Source of the DNA: Eledone cirrhosa
Lineage: Eukaryota
DNA: 64,000 nt
Assembly (NCBI GenBank): GCA_964016885.1
Contig: OZ024740.1
Span: 368,404,001 to 368,468,000, forward strand
Direction of reading: 5' to 3'
The notes under the pieces were generated by a model. It made no database searches. It had not been told where the DNA came from and saw only the letters and a list, made by a program, of their open reading frames with translations. Position 1 is the first letter of the stretch. Each line of letters opens with the position of its first letter. A program made the translations under genes and the position numbers. Shown piece by piece: positions 1 through 12,636 of this stretch.

Positions 1-104
1 ATTTTTTCAGTAAAATCGGTTCTCTTAATAGAACATCAAAAATCTTAACAATAAAAGGTGTGAAATGATATTCACTACATATATATACACATACATATAT
101 TCAC

Positions 105-164
<60 letters not shown>

Positions 165-450
165 TTTTTCTGTGTTGCACCATAGAGCATGTGTGTTTCC
201 GTATGTCATTGTGTTTATATGTGGGTGGAGATGTGTGCTGATGTAGGTATGTATGTTAACGTGTGTATGTTGTGGGTTCGTCTTAGGGAGAAGTGTTTAG
301 ACGGGGTCCGTATTTGTTAATGAAGTACGTACACACGTTAACATACATACCTACATCAGCACACATCTCCACCCACATATAAACACAATGACATACGTAA
401 ACACACATGCTCTATGGTGCAACACAGAAAAATATATGTGTATATATATG

Positions 451-488
<38 letters not shown>

Positions 489-592
489 CTGAATATATGT
501 ATGTGTATATATATGTAGTGAATATTATTTCACACCTTTTATTGTTAAGATTTTTGATGTTCTATTAAGAGAACCGATTTTACTGAAAAAAT
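1..592. repeat. Long inverted repeat (arms ~1-268 and ~327-592, ~58 bp spacer); may extend left of the window
   Basis: attttttcagtaaaatcggttctcttaatagaac... at 1 is the reverse complement of ...gttctattaagagaaccgattttactgaaaaaat ending at 592; both arms carry the same internal TA tract. Confidence 0.93.
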
Positions 593-710
593 CGAATAAT
601 GTACACCATTTTACCAGGGGGAAAAATATACTGGTCCACCCCCCCCCCCCCACACACACACATATATACACACACACATACACACGCGTACATTAACATA
701 CAAAGCGACT

Positions 711-747
<37 letters not shown>

Positions 748-856
748 TTCTCCGTATAAGACAAAAGCTGAAAAATATCTTTTGACATGCTAAAATACCC
801 CCATTGCTTTCAGACACATTCTTACTGACCATCCCTGCTACCACGAATTACTCTGC

Positions 857-919
<63 letters not shown>

Positions 920-1038
920 ATCTTAATAGCCATTTGACACACATCCCTGCTAACCATTATCACAACATCGAACACCTTACTACTACTACACACACACTCA
1001 GACACACACATATTTGTTGTGAAAGAGTCATTTCTCAA

Positions 1039-1283
1039 TCTTGGCGCAAAACCAATTTTTTATTCACATGACCTCTACCGACCAATCAAAATTGTTTTGA
1101 CCACAAGAATTTTTGCAAACACCAAATAGCGCTGGAGCCACTTTTTTAACAGAAAAACAGTCTTGGCGCAAAATCAATTTTTTACATTCACATGACCTCT
1201 GCCGACCAATCAAAATTGTTTTGACCACAATAATTTTTGCAACACCAAAGTAACGCTGGAGCCACTTTTTTAACATAAAAACA
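1039..1283. repeat. Direct tandem duplication, two copies of a ~120 bp unit
   Basis: tcttggcgcaaaa...ttcacatgacctct.ccgaccaatcaaaattgttttgaccacaa...cgctggagccacttttttaaca occurs at ~1039 and ~1161. Confidence 0.9.
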
Positions 1284-2185
1284 GGTAGAATTCCCAAAAC
1301 TAATCAGATCAGAGCAAACAACACGGACACTCTATCTCAAAATTATTTTTGAAAAGCATTTAGAAATGCGCAACCGGTAAAAACTTAAAAACTTAAAACA
1401 CAACTGAATACTAACTGATACAATCACTAATACTCTTTTATTCCTAATTAAACCATTTTTCAACTGTGAACAATTTGTCAGCATTTTCTATTCCGTTTAC
1501 TAATATATATATATATATATACATATATATATTCATGTTGCTCTCAGCTATTGAATATTGAGGGAGACACGTATGCATGCGCGAAAGTTATTACAAAGTT
1601 AAAATTAAAGATTTAAATATGCACATCTGAAATGTATGTAGAGAATTATGTAGGGAATTATATAATTGCCACGTCTTTACAGAATTAACGTAATGTGTTT
1701 ATATTTTATCTTAGTCTGAAGAGAAGAGTTGGAAACACAGGCATAAAAAAGAGCTAATATAATCAAATATATATTTGGAAATATAAGCTTTTACATCGTG
1801 TTTAATTGCTTAATACTGCTCTACGATTTGCGTATCACACGTGTATGTTCATTGTTACATTCGCAATTCCAGTCAAATTTCTTTGATTTTAGAAGCATCC
1901 ACATCTTGTAGCTTCAATAAAAGGATATATATAGAAAGAACAACGTATACAATATAAAATACAACGTAATATATTTACCTACGCAGTGACATCCATTGGT
2001 TTTAGAAAGTTAAAATGATGAAAGATCCAGCATTTATATCAGGACAGTCTTATGTATTCATAAATCATTATTTTAAGCAATTCAATCACATCTGAGACCA
2101 CTGAAAATATTACCGTAGTAAACATATCAGTATCGTTATGTGGATATTAAATACACCTTACCAAGTATATAATTGTTTCTACTTT

Positions 2186-2280
2186 AGGCACAAGGCCAGC
2201 AATTACCCAGTGCATTACTGGTACTTTATTTTATCGACCTCGTAAGGATGAAAGGCAAAGTCAACCTCGGCGTATTCAAC
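2186..2280 (-). mobile_element. tRNA-derived SINE fragment (MetaSINE-like core, octopus-type)
   Basis: ggcacaaggccagcaatt...ggtactttattttatcgacc.cgtaaggatgaaaggcaaagtcaacctcgg; other copies at 9876 and 20265. Confidence 0.8.
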
Positions 2281-2544
2281 TAAGTTTAATAAACTGAGTT
2301 TGACAGTAAGCTGAAAGCGTATATTTACAGATTTCATACTTGTACTTTTAAGGCTAAATATTAATATCTGTTCATTCAATATTTTGGAAAATAGACTTTG
2401 CATTTGGAAGTTGATCATTCTCCATATGCTAGTTCATGAGGAAAAAAGAGGCCTGCTATTCGTGTTACACCTCCTAAACGAAATCTATCCCGCTCTGTTG
2501 ACAAGATATAGAAACGGTTTGTTTAAATAAAAATAGAGGACATG

Positions 2545-2880
2545 TCTTCTTCTTCTTCTTCTTCTTCTTCTTCTTCTTCTTCTTCTGCTTCTTCTTCTTT
2601 TTTTCTTTTTTTTTTTTTCTTCTTCTTCTTCTTCTTCTTCTTCTTCTTCTTCTTCTTCTTCTTCTTCTTGAGAGGGTCATGAGGGAAGCACCTTCAAAAA
2701 CTTCATCCAGCTGGATCACCAAACCCATGAATATTATCCAACCATCCTTTTCGGTGTCTATCTCGGGGCCTCCTATCTGTTGGTTTCGCCCGTAAAATCT
2801 TTTCAGCGATTCTTTGTGAGACATACTAACCACATACCCATAGTATCGGATCATATATCTTCCGAGAAATTTATCAGCGG
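2545..2880 (-). mobile_element. RTE-type LINE 3' fragment with (GAA)n tail
   Basis: Minus-strand IRYYGYV motif resembles LRYYGHV in the RTE copy at 19410-20195; (TTC)n tract at 2545-2668. Confidence 0.55.
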
Positions 2881-3851
2881 CATTTCCTGTAAATTATATA
2901 TAGTAATTTTACGGAGATAATAAATTGCGAGAAACAATTTCCAGTAAGTTGCTAACATATTTTCATCTTTCAAACATGAAAGTATATCCACAAATTTGTA
3001 GTTCAAATATCACAAGAAACATTTATACTTTACATTTATTTAATATTGGATGAGTAGAGTTCCGAGTGTTTTTATAATAAGACGGATGATAATACTGGTG
3101 AAAGATCGATTCCATCGGCACATTCCTATAACCTTTTGTTTTAAAATTTAATTGGTTACTGAAATGGTCTCCAGAGGAATATATAAAACATATAATTTTT
3201 TCCACCACCGTACAATTCACCGATGAAATATTAAATTATTTCATTTCCTAATTTCTGTAATTTTGAAGGAAAGCCCGATAAATTGTTTACCGCCTTAATA
3301 ATTTCTATTCTGTTTAGATTTTCGTAATTGAAAGGTGATCCAATATTTATTACATGCATTTATCTGCCCATTTAGAGGAGTTAATTTCCGAAAGTTGAAC
3401 GAATATATTGATTAGCAATATTTCACCGCACATTAAATGTAATTTCGTAAACATACGCTAAATAAAATCACGTAGCAGCTTCATTAAGAAGAAGCAATTG
3501 GATTACTCTTCTTTGCAACGAACGTTTATCATCGCGACTTAAAGGGAATATATACTCAGCATTCATATGAAGGGTACCAAATAATACATACGAAAATTAA
3601 CGACAACAAATAACATACAATCATATTTCCACTCCTGCAAAATGGGACAACAAATATGTTCTTGACGGCAACTTAATCAAATAATCAATAACAGAATGAA
3701 TTTTATATATATATATATGTATGTGTGTGTGCGTGTGTGTATGTATATATCTATATATACAGTAGTACAAATTTAGTATAAATATCCCAATGAATAGAGC
3801 ACTCAGTCTATAGGACGAGTAAACTATAATTAGTTACAACAGTGTTATATC

Positions 3852-3899
3852 CAGATACTTAAGTTTCGTGGGGTTGTTTGCTCTAAATCATTCAGCCTG
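3852..3899 (-). ncRNA. Degenerate minimal hammerhead ribozyme motif
   Basis: Minus strand cagg-CTGAATGA-...-GAAAC-TTAA-GTA-tctg (one extra nt in core, weak stem II); related decayed copy at 61428-61472. Confidence 0.5.
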
Positions 3900-4762
3900 A
3901 CATAAAAGAGAAAATGCATTCTCACCGTGGATATTTTAGAAATCATACGATAATCCTCAGTGTAGGTACTCCATACATAATCTCTCTCTCTATATATATA
4001 CACACATGATTTAAATAATGTAAGTGAACATGGGATAGGTATCAAACCTTGGGTTTCTTTAGCAGTTATCTCCGTTTTCACTTACATTATTTAAGGTATG
4101 TATCTATTTATGGTTAGTTTCGACATCACCTACCATTAGAAATCTCCTATGTTTCTAAAATCTCTAGGATAGGAAGCCATTTTCCTTTTTATTGCAGGCT
4201 GAATATGTCAGGGTAAACAACTCAACGAAATGTAAGTACCTGTTCATTCTATATAGATATCGAAGACCGCAGGATCATCACACTCGCCCAAAATTTGAGA
4301 TGACCGAATATTCAAAAAAGAAAGAAACAAGTAGATCATTCGACTTGAAAGTGGGCTGATTCAACAGAGCGGGCATTTACGATTTACACAGATCTGGGTT
4401 AAATTCACATATTTATCAGTCGAATATGCGCGTTTAGCTGGTGTGCTTTTTTATTTTAGGAGCTCCTCTGTTCGACATTCATCACAAAGATACAAAAGTG
4501 AGAGGCTTGCTAAAATAATCTCCCCAGAGAAACGAATGTATTCGACGAATGAAAATATGCATTTAACTTAAACTTGTCCGATACAACTTGTCCCTCGGAC
4601 TGATTACTCTGCCAAGTACGTATATAAATATATTTTACGAAATTCACTACAATATGCATATATATATATATATAGTGAAAAATTGAACGGGAACAAAACA
4701 GAGAGGCAGTACGAACAAAGGTTTATTAATTTCACGCTCTTGAGAGTGGGGTGGTGGTGGGG

Positions 4763-4796
4763 AACGACGTTTCGGGCATAAGCCCTTCCTCAGGTG
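4763..4796 (-). ncRNA. Minimal type I hammerhead ribozyme in the PLE 3' end (pLTR)
   Basis: Minus strand cac-CTGAGGA-a-GGGC-ttat-GCCC-GAAAC-GTC-gt; palindromic ACGT in place of stem III, as in minimal/dimeric HHRs. Confidence 0.85.
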
Positions 4797-6044
4797 AAAA
4801 GTGTGTGGGAAGAGAGTTCAAAGGGTGTGTAGGGGAGTGGTGGAGAGACATATAGCAAAAACGGGGTGAGAGGAAACGGTGCAAATGAAATTAAAAATGA
4901 AATTAAAAATAAAGGCATGATCAAAATAAAATTAAAATGGGGTAAAACAGGTGGTGGAAGGGTGTGGAACATGTAGGGGTGGTGGCGGGTGAAGTGGGGA
5001 GAGGGAGATAGGAGTGTCCGAGCGGGGAGGGCTGAAGGTGGTGTGTGTGTGTAGGTGTACGTGTGTGTGTGTGTGTGTGTGTGAAAGCAAGGGTTGGGGG
5101 AAGAACGGGGTTGCATGTTCAGGAAGAAGAGTGTGTGGGATGGGGTGTAGGTCGGAGTGTGCGTGCGTGTGTGGATAGAGGGGTAGGGGAGAGGATTCCG
5201 GAGGCTGAATGTGTAAATATGTGGTGGTACGCACGTGTGTGTGTGGTGTTTATGCGTGCTGTGGATGTAAGTGGGGTGTGGGAAAACATTTTCTTTTGCT
5301 TGTATGTCTGGGGTGAGTCGTAAAGGTAATTCCGTAAAAAGATGTGGTGGAATACTGAGTAAAATACTTGGGATGCGGTAGATTCTCGGGATCAAGGTTC
5401 ACATATGTGTAATCCGTGAAGAGATTGGTCGGAAGAGGGGAGATGTAGGTGTGCGCGCAACAGGAAGTGGTCAGAGGGTCAAGGAAGGAGGAGGGTTGTG
5501 TGTCTGTGTGTGCGGGGAGGTGGTCAGAGAGGCATAGCAGCAGTAGGGTAGAATGGTAAGTGAAGAAAGTCGGTGTGTCAGTGTGTGCGGAGGTGCGGTG
5601 GACAGGGGAGAGGATGGGTAGGTGTGAAAGTTGGAGTAGGGAGGGGGTGTGTGTATATTAGTAGAGGTGTTAGTGGGATGTGTGAGTGTTTGAGAAAGGG
5701 TGTGGGTGGATTGGGGAGAGAAGGATGTGGGGCCCGATGGAGGGAGTGTAGTGTCCTGGTGTGTGTGTGTGGTGAAGGGGGTGTTAGTGGGTGTTCGTAT
5801 ACTGGAGGTGGAGAAAGGGTTGAATGCGGGTGAGAGTGGGGGTCAGTGATGTCAGTTGCGTGTAGAGTGGGTGGTGTAAGTGGGTGTGTCTGTTCGTGTG
5901 CTTGGGGTCACGGGGTGTTAGTGATGTTATTTGCGGGGTGGTGGGGTGGAGGTGTTAGTATTGTTAGTTGTGGGTTGGGCGGTGAAAAGGAGGGGTGTGT
6001 TAGTGGGGTTAGTGGGGGATATGTGTGGGGACGGGGGCGGTCGA

Positions 6045-7690
6045 AGGCTAAAGGAATAAGGGTGGGGAGTTCAGGCCGGGGGGAGTGTGGGTCTGTAGGG
6101 TGAAGATGGTTCGTTGTTCGACCCTTAGGAGATTGGCGGGTGTTCCGTGGCATTGGAGTAGGCGACAGACTGAGGTGGTGTGCGGAATGTCGAGGGGCAC
6201 CAAAGTGGCGGGCGATGGGGGAACTACCACCGAGACAAATATCCCGGAGGTGCTCAGTAAATCTGTCCGCCAGGCGACGTCTAGTCTGTCCGACCTAAGT
6301 CGCGCTGCACTCGGTGCAACGAAGTCCGTAGACTAAGTTGGAGGAGGTGCAGCGGAAGGCATGCGGGACAGAGAGAGAGTGGCCGTTGGGACCCTGGAAG
6401 GTGGTGGTGTTGGTGATGTGGGGACAGGTGTTGCAGCGGGGTCTAGAACAGGGAAGGGAACCGGGGGAAGAGAGCGTGTGTTGGGGGGTAGGGAGCTGTG
6501 AACGAGGAGGGTGCGGAGATTGCGTGCGCGTTTGAAGGAGGGGAGTGGTGGGGCTGGGAAGATGTGGGAGGTGGAGAGGTCGGAATGGAGGCGGAGGGAG
6601 AGGCGGAGGATGGTGCGGTGGAGGGGTATGGTGGAGGTGTGGTAGGTGATGGGGAAGGGGAGACGGTGGGTGGGTGTGCGGTCGCGTGGGGTGAGGGTGT
6701 TGGAGCGGTGGACAGCACGGGCGCGGGTGAGAGCGGTGTGGACGAGAGAGGGGGATAACCTCTGCGGATGAAATGGCTGACTAGGAAAAGGGCCTGGGAC
6801 TCAAAGTCATCATCTCGGCTACAGAGGCGGCGGATCCTTAGGAGTTGGGAGTAGGTAATAGAGTGTTTAGTGTGTGTGGGGTGGGAAGAGGTGAAGTTGA
6901 GGTAGGAGTGGGTGTCGGTGGGTTTGAAGAAGGCGGAGGTGACGAGGGAGTGGTGGGAGGGGTCGAAGGCGACGGAGATGTCTAAGAGGTGGACGTGGGT
7001 GGTGGAGATAGAGGTGGTGAAGTGGAGGGAGGGGTGGAAGGAGCAGAAGAAGGAGAGAAAGGAGTCGAGCTGTTCTTGGGTGAGGGTCGTGGCTCCGATA
7101 CAGTCGTAGATGTAACAACCGTACAGTTCGTGCGTGGGGCCGGTGTACTGGTCAAAGATTTGGGCATCAACATGGCCAACAAAAAGGTTGGCATAGTTTG
7201 GACCAATTCTTGTACCCATGGCTACTCCCGTGACTTGTTGGTAAAACTCACCCGAGAAGGAGAAACAGTTGAGGGTGAGGACCAGCTCGGCGAGGCGAAG
7301 GAGGGTGGGGTGGAGGGGATGGGGGAGGGGCGAATGTCGAGGTAGTGTTTAGGACGCGTAGGCCATCGGCATGGGGGATGACGGTATAGAGGGACTTGAT
7401 GTCTAGGGTGAAGAGAAGGGCTGTGGGCCGGGTGGGTAGGTGAAGGACTCGAAAAAGCGCAGGGCGTGGTTGGTGTCGGAGATGTGGGAGGGGAGGGTGG
7501 TGACAAGGGGGGCGATGATGGAGTCGAGAAAGGTGGAGATGAGTTCGGTGGGGCAGTTGCAAGCGGAGACGATGGGGCGGCCGGGGTTGTAGAGTTTGAG
7601 GAGGAAGTAGATGGTGCGGCTGCAGGGGTGTGGGGTGGGGGCTGCGGACAATGAGGTTGTAAGCGGTGGGGGAGAGGAGGGAGTAGACAA
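6045..7690 (-). pseudogene. Frameshifted PLE reverse transcriptase + GIY-YIG endonuclease
   Basis: PGRPIVSACNCPTELIS, LFTLDIKSLYTVIPH, MGTRIGPNYANLFVG, YIYDC (YIDD), LLDISV, KPTDTHSYLNFTSSHP, RCNTCPH, CTSSNLVYGLRCTECSAT*VGQTRRRLADRFTEH, EQRTIFTLQTHTPPGLN. Confidence 0.93.
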
Positions 7691-7716
7691 CGTCTTGGAT
7701 ATATATATATATATAT

Positions 7717-7905
7717 AACGAAGGAGTTGTGGTAAGGAACCAGATGGACTATAACGCACCAGAGTACTCAATACTTAGGGTAGTAGAGTGGGTAATAGGA
7801 AAATGTATGACCCCGACGTCAGAGCTCAAGCCGTTTCGACGGCTATTTCAGTCCAGAAATAGCCGTCGAAACGGCTTGAGCTCTGCCGTCGGGGTCATAC
7901 ATTTT

Positions 7906-7910
<5 letters not shown>
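7717..7910. mobile_element. TA-embedded fold-back element, family H, copy A (hairpin 7795-7910)
   Basis: ~55 bp near-perfect arms around loop 7850-7855; similar to 28220, 39229 and 60909. Confidence 0.88.
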
Positions 7911-7963
<53 letters not shown>

Positions 7964-8129
7964 TGTGTGTGTGTGTGTGTGTGGTTGTGTGCGTGTGTGT
8001 GTATATAGGGGCAGGTGCCAGAGGGAGGGGATTGACACCGTCAAAACAGTAGTCAATATTCAATACACTATAAGTATAGGATCTCTGTTTCATATAAAAA
8101 TCACTTTTACGGGACAAACATTTATCATT

Positions 8130-8172
8130 CCGAGCAGGGAGGGCTGAAGGTGGTGTATATGTGTAGGTGCAC

Positions 8173-8203
<31 letters not shown>

Positions 8204-9645
8204 AATGTGAAAGTTGGGGGAAGAACGAGGTTCCATGTTCAGGAAAAGGTGTGTTTGGAGTGGGGTATAGGTCGGTGTGTGTGCGTGTGGATGTGGAGGG
8301 GTCAGAGGGGGGTAGGGGCTGTGGTAGAGGATTCCGGAGGTTGAGTGTGTATATATGTGGGGCTACGCACGTGTGTGTTGGTGTTTATAAGTTTTGTGGA
8401 TGTAGGTGGCGTGTTTCGAAAAAAGTGTTTGTGAGTGTATGTCCGTGGGTAAGTTCCTAAGGTAGTTCCGTAGAGGGTGTAAAGAGTTGCCGGATATTTT
8501 CCACATTATGGTGTGGATAGTGGGAATGAGGGCCAATGGTGTGTGATCCGTGGTTGTGGCAGTCGGTAGAAGGGAGATGTGGGGTGCGCGCGCAACAAGA
8601 AGTGGTCAGATGGTCAAGGCATGATGAGGGTAGTGGAGAATGAGAGGTGTGCGGAATGGTGGTCAGAGGGTCAAGGCAGGAGAAGGTATAGCAGCAGTAG
8701 AGGAGAATGGCAGGTGGAGAAAGTCAGGGTGTCATTGTGTGCGGAGGGGCGGTGGACAGGGGATGTGATGAAAGGTGGAGTGGGAAGGGGGATATGCGGG
8801 GGGATGGGGTGTGCATTAGTAGAGGTGTCAGTGGGATGTGTGTGTGGGGAAGGGGTGTGGGTGGAGCGGGGAGAGGGAGATAAAAGGTGTGGGGGTCGAT
8901 GGAGGGAGTGTAGTGTACTGTTGTGTGTGCGTGTTTGGATGGGTGTGTGTGGTGAAGGGGGTGTTAGTGGGTGTTAGTATACAGGTGGTGGGGAAAGGGT
9001 TGAATGCGGGTGTTAGTGGGGGTTAGTGGGGGTCAGTGGTGGCAGGGTGTGTAGATTGGGTGGTGTAAGTGGGTGTGGGTGGGTGCGTGTGTTCGTGTAC
9101 GTGGGGTCGAGTGCATGTTAGTGGTATTAGTTGTGGGGTGGTTGGAGTGGATGTGTGGGTGAAGGTTACTGGTGGTAGTAGGGTGTGTGGATAGTGTGAG
9201 TGCGTGTATATATGTACGGTGGGTGTGTGCGTAAGAGGGGGGGTAGTATTGTTAGTTGGGGGAGGGTGGTCGGTGGTAGGGTGGGGGCGTTTGTATGTTT
9301 AGTTGTGGAGTGGGCCAAGGAGGTGGGTGGTGAAAAGGAGCAGGGTGTTAGTGGTGTTAGTGGGGGATATGTGTGTGTGTGTGGGGGGAAGGAACAGGGC
9401 GGTCGAAGGCTAAATGAAAAGGGGTGGGGAGTTCAGGCCGGGGGTAGTGTGGGTCTGTAGGATGAAAATGGTGCGTTGTTCGACCCTCAGGCGGGTGTCG
9501 GGTGTTCCGTGGCATTGGAACAGGCCGCAGACTGTGAGGTGGTGCGCGGAATGTCCAGGGGCGCCAAAGTGGCGGGCGATGGGGGAAATCCCGGCGAGAC
9601 GAATATCCCGGAGGTGTTCGGTGAAACGTTCCGCCAGATATTCAC
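8130..9645 (-). mobile_element. Second, diverged copy of the Neptune-type PLE 3' region (end of GIY-YIG + 3' UTR)
   Basis: Colinear similarity to ~5020-6270 (e.g. gggtgttccgtggcattgga, ccaaagtggcgggcgatggggg, aatatcccggaggtg). Confidence 0.88.
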
Positions 9646-9875
9646 GGAGAGAGAGAGAGAGACAGAGAGAGAGACAGAGAGAGAGAGAGTGTGTGTGTGT
9701 CTGTATGTGAGATGTTAAAAGGGTGAGAGTGAATATATATATATATTATGTGTGTAAGATAGGTTAAGCAATCTGTGATAAATAATCTCTCATATAAGCA
9801 CTTAAGCACTCGACGTTTTTATACCATTTCTCCTATGTGTATGACTGGGAATATGTATAATGATTGTTTCTTCCT

Positions 9876-9985
9876 TAGGCACAAGGCCAACAGTTTTGTG
9901 GGGAGGGGAGGGTCGATTAAATAGACCCCCGTGCATTATTGGTATTTTATTTTATCAACCCGTAAGAATGAAAGTCAAAGGTAAC
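9876..9985 (-). mobile_element. SINE fragment (same family as 2186 and 20265)
   Basis: ggcacaaggccaaca...ggtattttattttatcaacccgtaagaatgaaagtcaaag. Confidence 0.75.
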
Positions 9986-10584
9986 TAATAAATAGACAAA
10001 TGATTCACGAGAATTTATTTTGTTACGATATAGCTGTTACACGATATCTGTGGTACTACAGAGGATCAACCCTTAAAACAACTTGCTCAATATATCAAGA
10101 GATTACGTGATTCATATTTATAGAGATGCACTCTCTCCCTAATGAAAGTCTATCTGAAAGTCCTTATGGAAGAGGGGAGAACTTGTGGCTTCTGATTACC
10201 AGTTAGATAAGGTGTGATAACCTTTAATTATACAGGTGCAAAGAGGACAGAAGGGGTTGTGTTTAAGGTTGGGAAAACTATTAATCGGAGTGGAACGAAA
10301 TTGTAACATATTTTCCTAAACAATGTATTGGGTGCTATATAGGTTAGAGCTTCGTAGAAGCAATTTGCCGTTTTGTTCCTTTTGGGGTGTTAGAAACATA
10401 TTATAGCAAGAAACGTTTTATAATGAGGGGCTGGGGATGAGCCCAGAGGATAAGTTTGTTGATTTCAGTTCTCTAGATGTTTTACAATTCATTATATCAA
10501 GTTCATGAAACTAGGGATAAAATTGGTAGGTATGTGTTGCTTCACTCTGTGTGTGTGTGAACACGTTGTGTCTCGGAATCTTAT

Positions 10585-10666
<82 letters not shown>

Positions 10667-11371
10667 TGTGTCTGTGTGTGTGTGTCTGTGTGTTCTTTGT
10701 TTTTCTTGTATATATGTGTGCATGTGATTGTGTATGCGTGTGTGTATGGAGCTTTTTTCGCTTTATGTCTATGGTTGGTATGTGTGTATTTTCTCGTGTG
10801 TCTACTCGCGTATGTGTGGAATTGACTTTTTCTATCGTTTCTATGTATGTGAGTGTGTACGTTTGTGTGTGTTTATATATTTTAACAAGTGTGGCTGCCC
10901 GGGTAATTGTGACTGAATTATCTGTAGAGGGAAGATTGTGTATGCGACTTTGTGTTTATGTTTAGGTATATCTGTGAATGTGGGTGTGGGTGTCTGCGTG
11001 TATGTTACTTCTTTCTATTGTTTCTATGTATGTGAGGGTCTATTTACACGTGTGTTTCTGATGAGTGAGTGTATGCGCACGCGCGTATGTATTTTTACAT
11101 GACTGTGTTTATGTGTATGGTCAGTAGCGGAAACATTTCTGTGCAAATGTGTGAAAGTGAATATGTGTATGTTTATGTATGGATATGTATGTGTGCGTGT
11201 ATCGGAATATTCATATGTAATCCAATCTAGAGAAAGGTGATCGATTAGGAGTTGTACGATATATATATATGACCATCTTCCTGCTATATCAAGCGTTAAC
11301 CTAATATATACCTCCCATATACTGTAACGATTGTGTTGTTATTTCATACATACATACATACACACACACAC

Positions 11372-11435
<64 letters not shown>

Positions 11436-11475
11436 TTATTTTTTATTTTTTTTTTATTTTTTATTTCATAGAAGG

Positions 11476-11526
11476 AGCTTCTACAGGACTAGTACTGTTT
11501 CATTCAGATGAAATCTTCAGGAAGCT
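11476..11526 (-). ncRNA. Type I hammerhead ribozyme in the inverted pLTR
   Basis: Reverse complement of 14942-14992. Confidence 0.85.
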
Positions 11527-11743
11527 GGGTGTCATATTAAGTTCTGGTATTTATACATTTAGGTAGTGGTAAGGGAGGGGTGGTGGAAGGGGGGAGGTAT
11601 TTAGATACACGGGACCACTTCATGGCACAGGCCGTTTTTTCTTTGGGGAGTGGTCAATTAGCCAGAGTGCTTTTTTGAAATAAATAAATGAGTAAATAAA
11701 TAAATAAATGAATAAATAGATAAAAGAATAGATAGATAAAATA

Positions 11744-12636
11744 GACGTTAATTCTAACCACCCCAAAAATATATTAGACAACCTAGTAAAAAGTGTCTCC
11801 ATTAGGATATCTAGCCTCGCCGCCAATGAAGATATCTTTAGAGCAGCAGCCCCCTATTACAACGAGGCCTTGGCCCGCAGCGGCTTTAGAGATAAGATCA
11901 CCTACCTTACTATAGCCCCATGCCCACCCAGGAAGAATAGGCGAAGGCACATTAGCTGGTACAACCCCCCCTTCAACCGAGAAGTTTCAACACCTGTAGC
12001 TAAACTTTTCTTCACTCTCTTACAAAAACACTTCCCCACCCAACATAGGTACTATACTATCCTTAATAAGAATACCATTAGACTCTCTTACTCTACCACA
12101 CCTAATCTAGCTAGAAACTTAGCCAACAACAACACCAAGAAGCTAAATAAGTCTACTTTTTCCGAAGCCCATCCAGCAACCGATAGCAACTGCAATTGCC
12201 CTGATAAGACGACCTGCCCTCTCAACAACAACTGTCTATAAAAAAAGATCTCGTGTATATATGCGATGTACTCTCAGGCCCCGATGAAAAAAGAAACTCG
12301 TACATCGGGATGACTTCTAATAGTTTTAAGACTCGCTGGTACGCCCACACACATTCGTTCCGGCGCCCAGACAAATCTAACCAAACTACACTCGCCGCCC
12401 ACATCTGGCACCTAAAAATGAACTCCATCCCATTCAAGACCCAATGGAGACTACTCCAGAGAGCGCGATCATACACGGGAGGCCATAATTGCTGTGACCT
12501 CTGTATCTCCGAGAGCTATGAGATTCTATTCGCCAAAGGCCCTCTCCTAAACAAGATCTCGGAACACTCCCCTAATTGCATGCACATGAACTATGCAAAT
12601 TACAAAACCTACAGACGCCCCCGGCCCCCTGACTGA
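11744..12636 (+). pseudogene. PLE RT thumb/C-terminus + GIY-YIG endonuclease with one frameshift near 12240
   Basis: NSNHPKNIL, RRRHISWYNPPF, IRLSYSTTPNL, CNCPDKTTCPLNNNCL, VYICDV...SYIGMTSNSFKTRW, LAAHIW, CDLCISE; this Cys pattern resembles Naiad-clade PLEs. Confidence 0.9.

Larger units (their letters stand above)
4676..7698 (-). mobile_element. Penelope-like retroelement (Neptune-type), 5'-truncated, flanked by (TA)n on both sides
   Basis: RT + Cys-rich linker + GIY-YIG remnants, a long C/A-rich 3' UTR, an HHR and AATAAA near the 3' end. Confidence 0.92.

Noticed and set aside
1714-1745. ctgaaga...gaaac hammerhead-like motif
   Set aside because: No credible stem II or stem I pairing.
4198-4231. 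Possible 34 nt host exon (tttccttttt attgcag|...|gtaagt)
   Set aside because: Good splice signals but too short to validate; chance matches are expected in 64 kb. Needs RNA-seq.
4790-5395. 201 aa Pro/His/Thr-rich ORF
   Set aside because: It lies in the C/A-rich 3' UTR of the PLE, and the sister copy at 8130+ does not preserve the frame.
12230-12245. In-frame stop in the Naiad-type ORF as a possible selenocysteine codon
   Set aside because: The stop is TAA at an A-run frameshift, not TGA at a Cys position.
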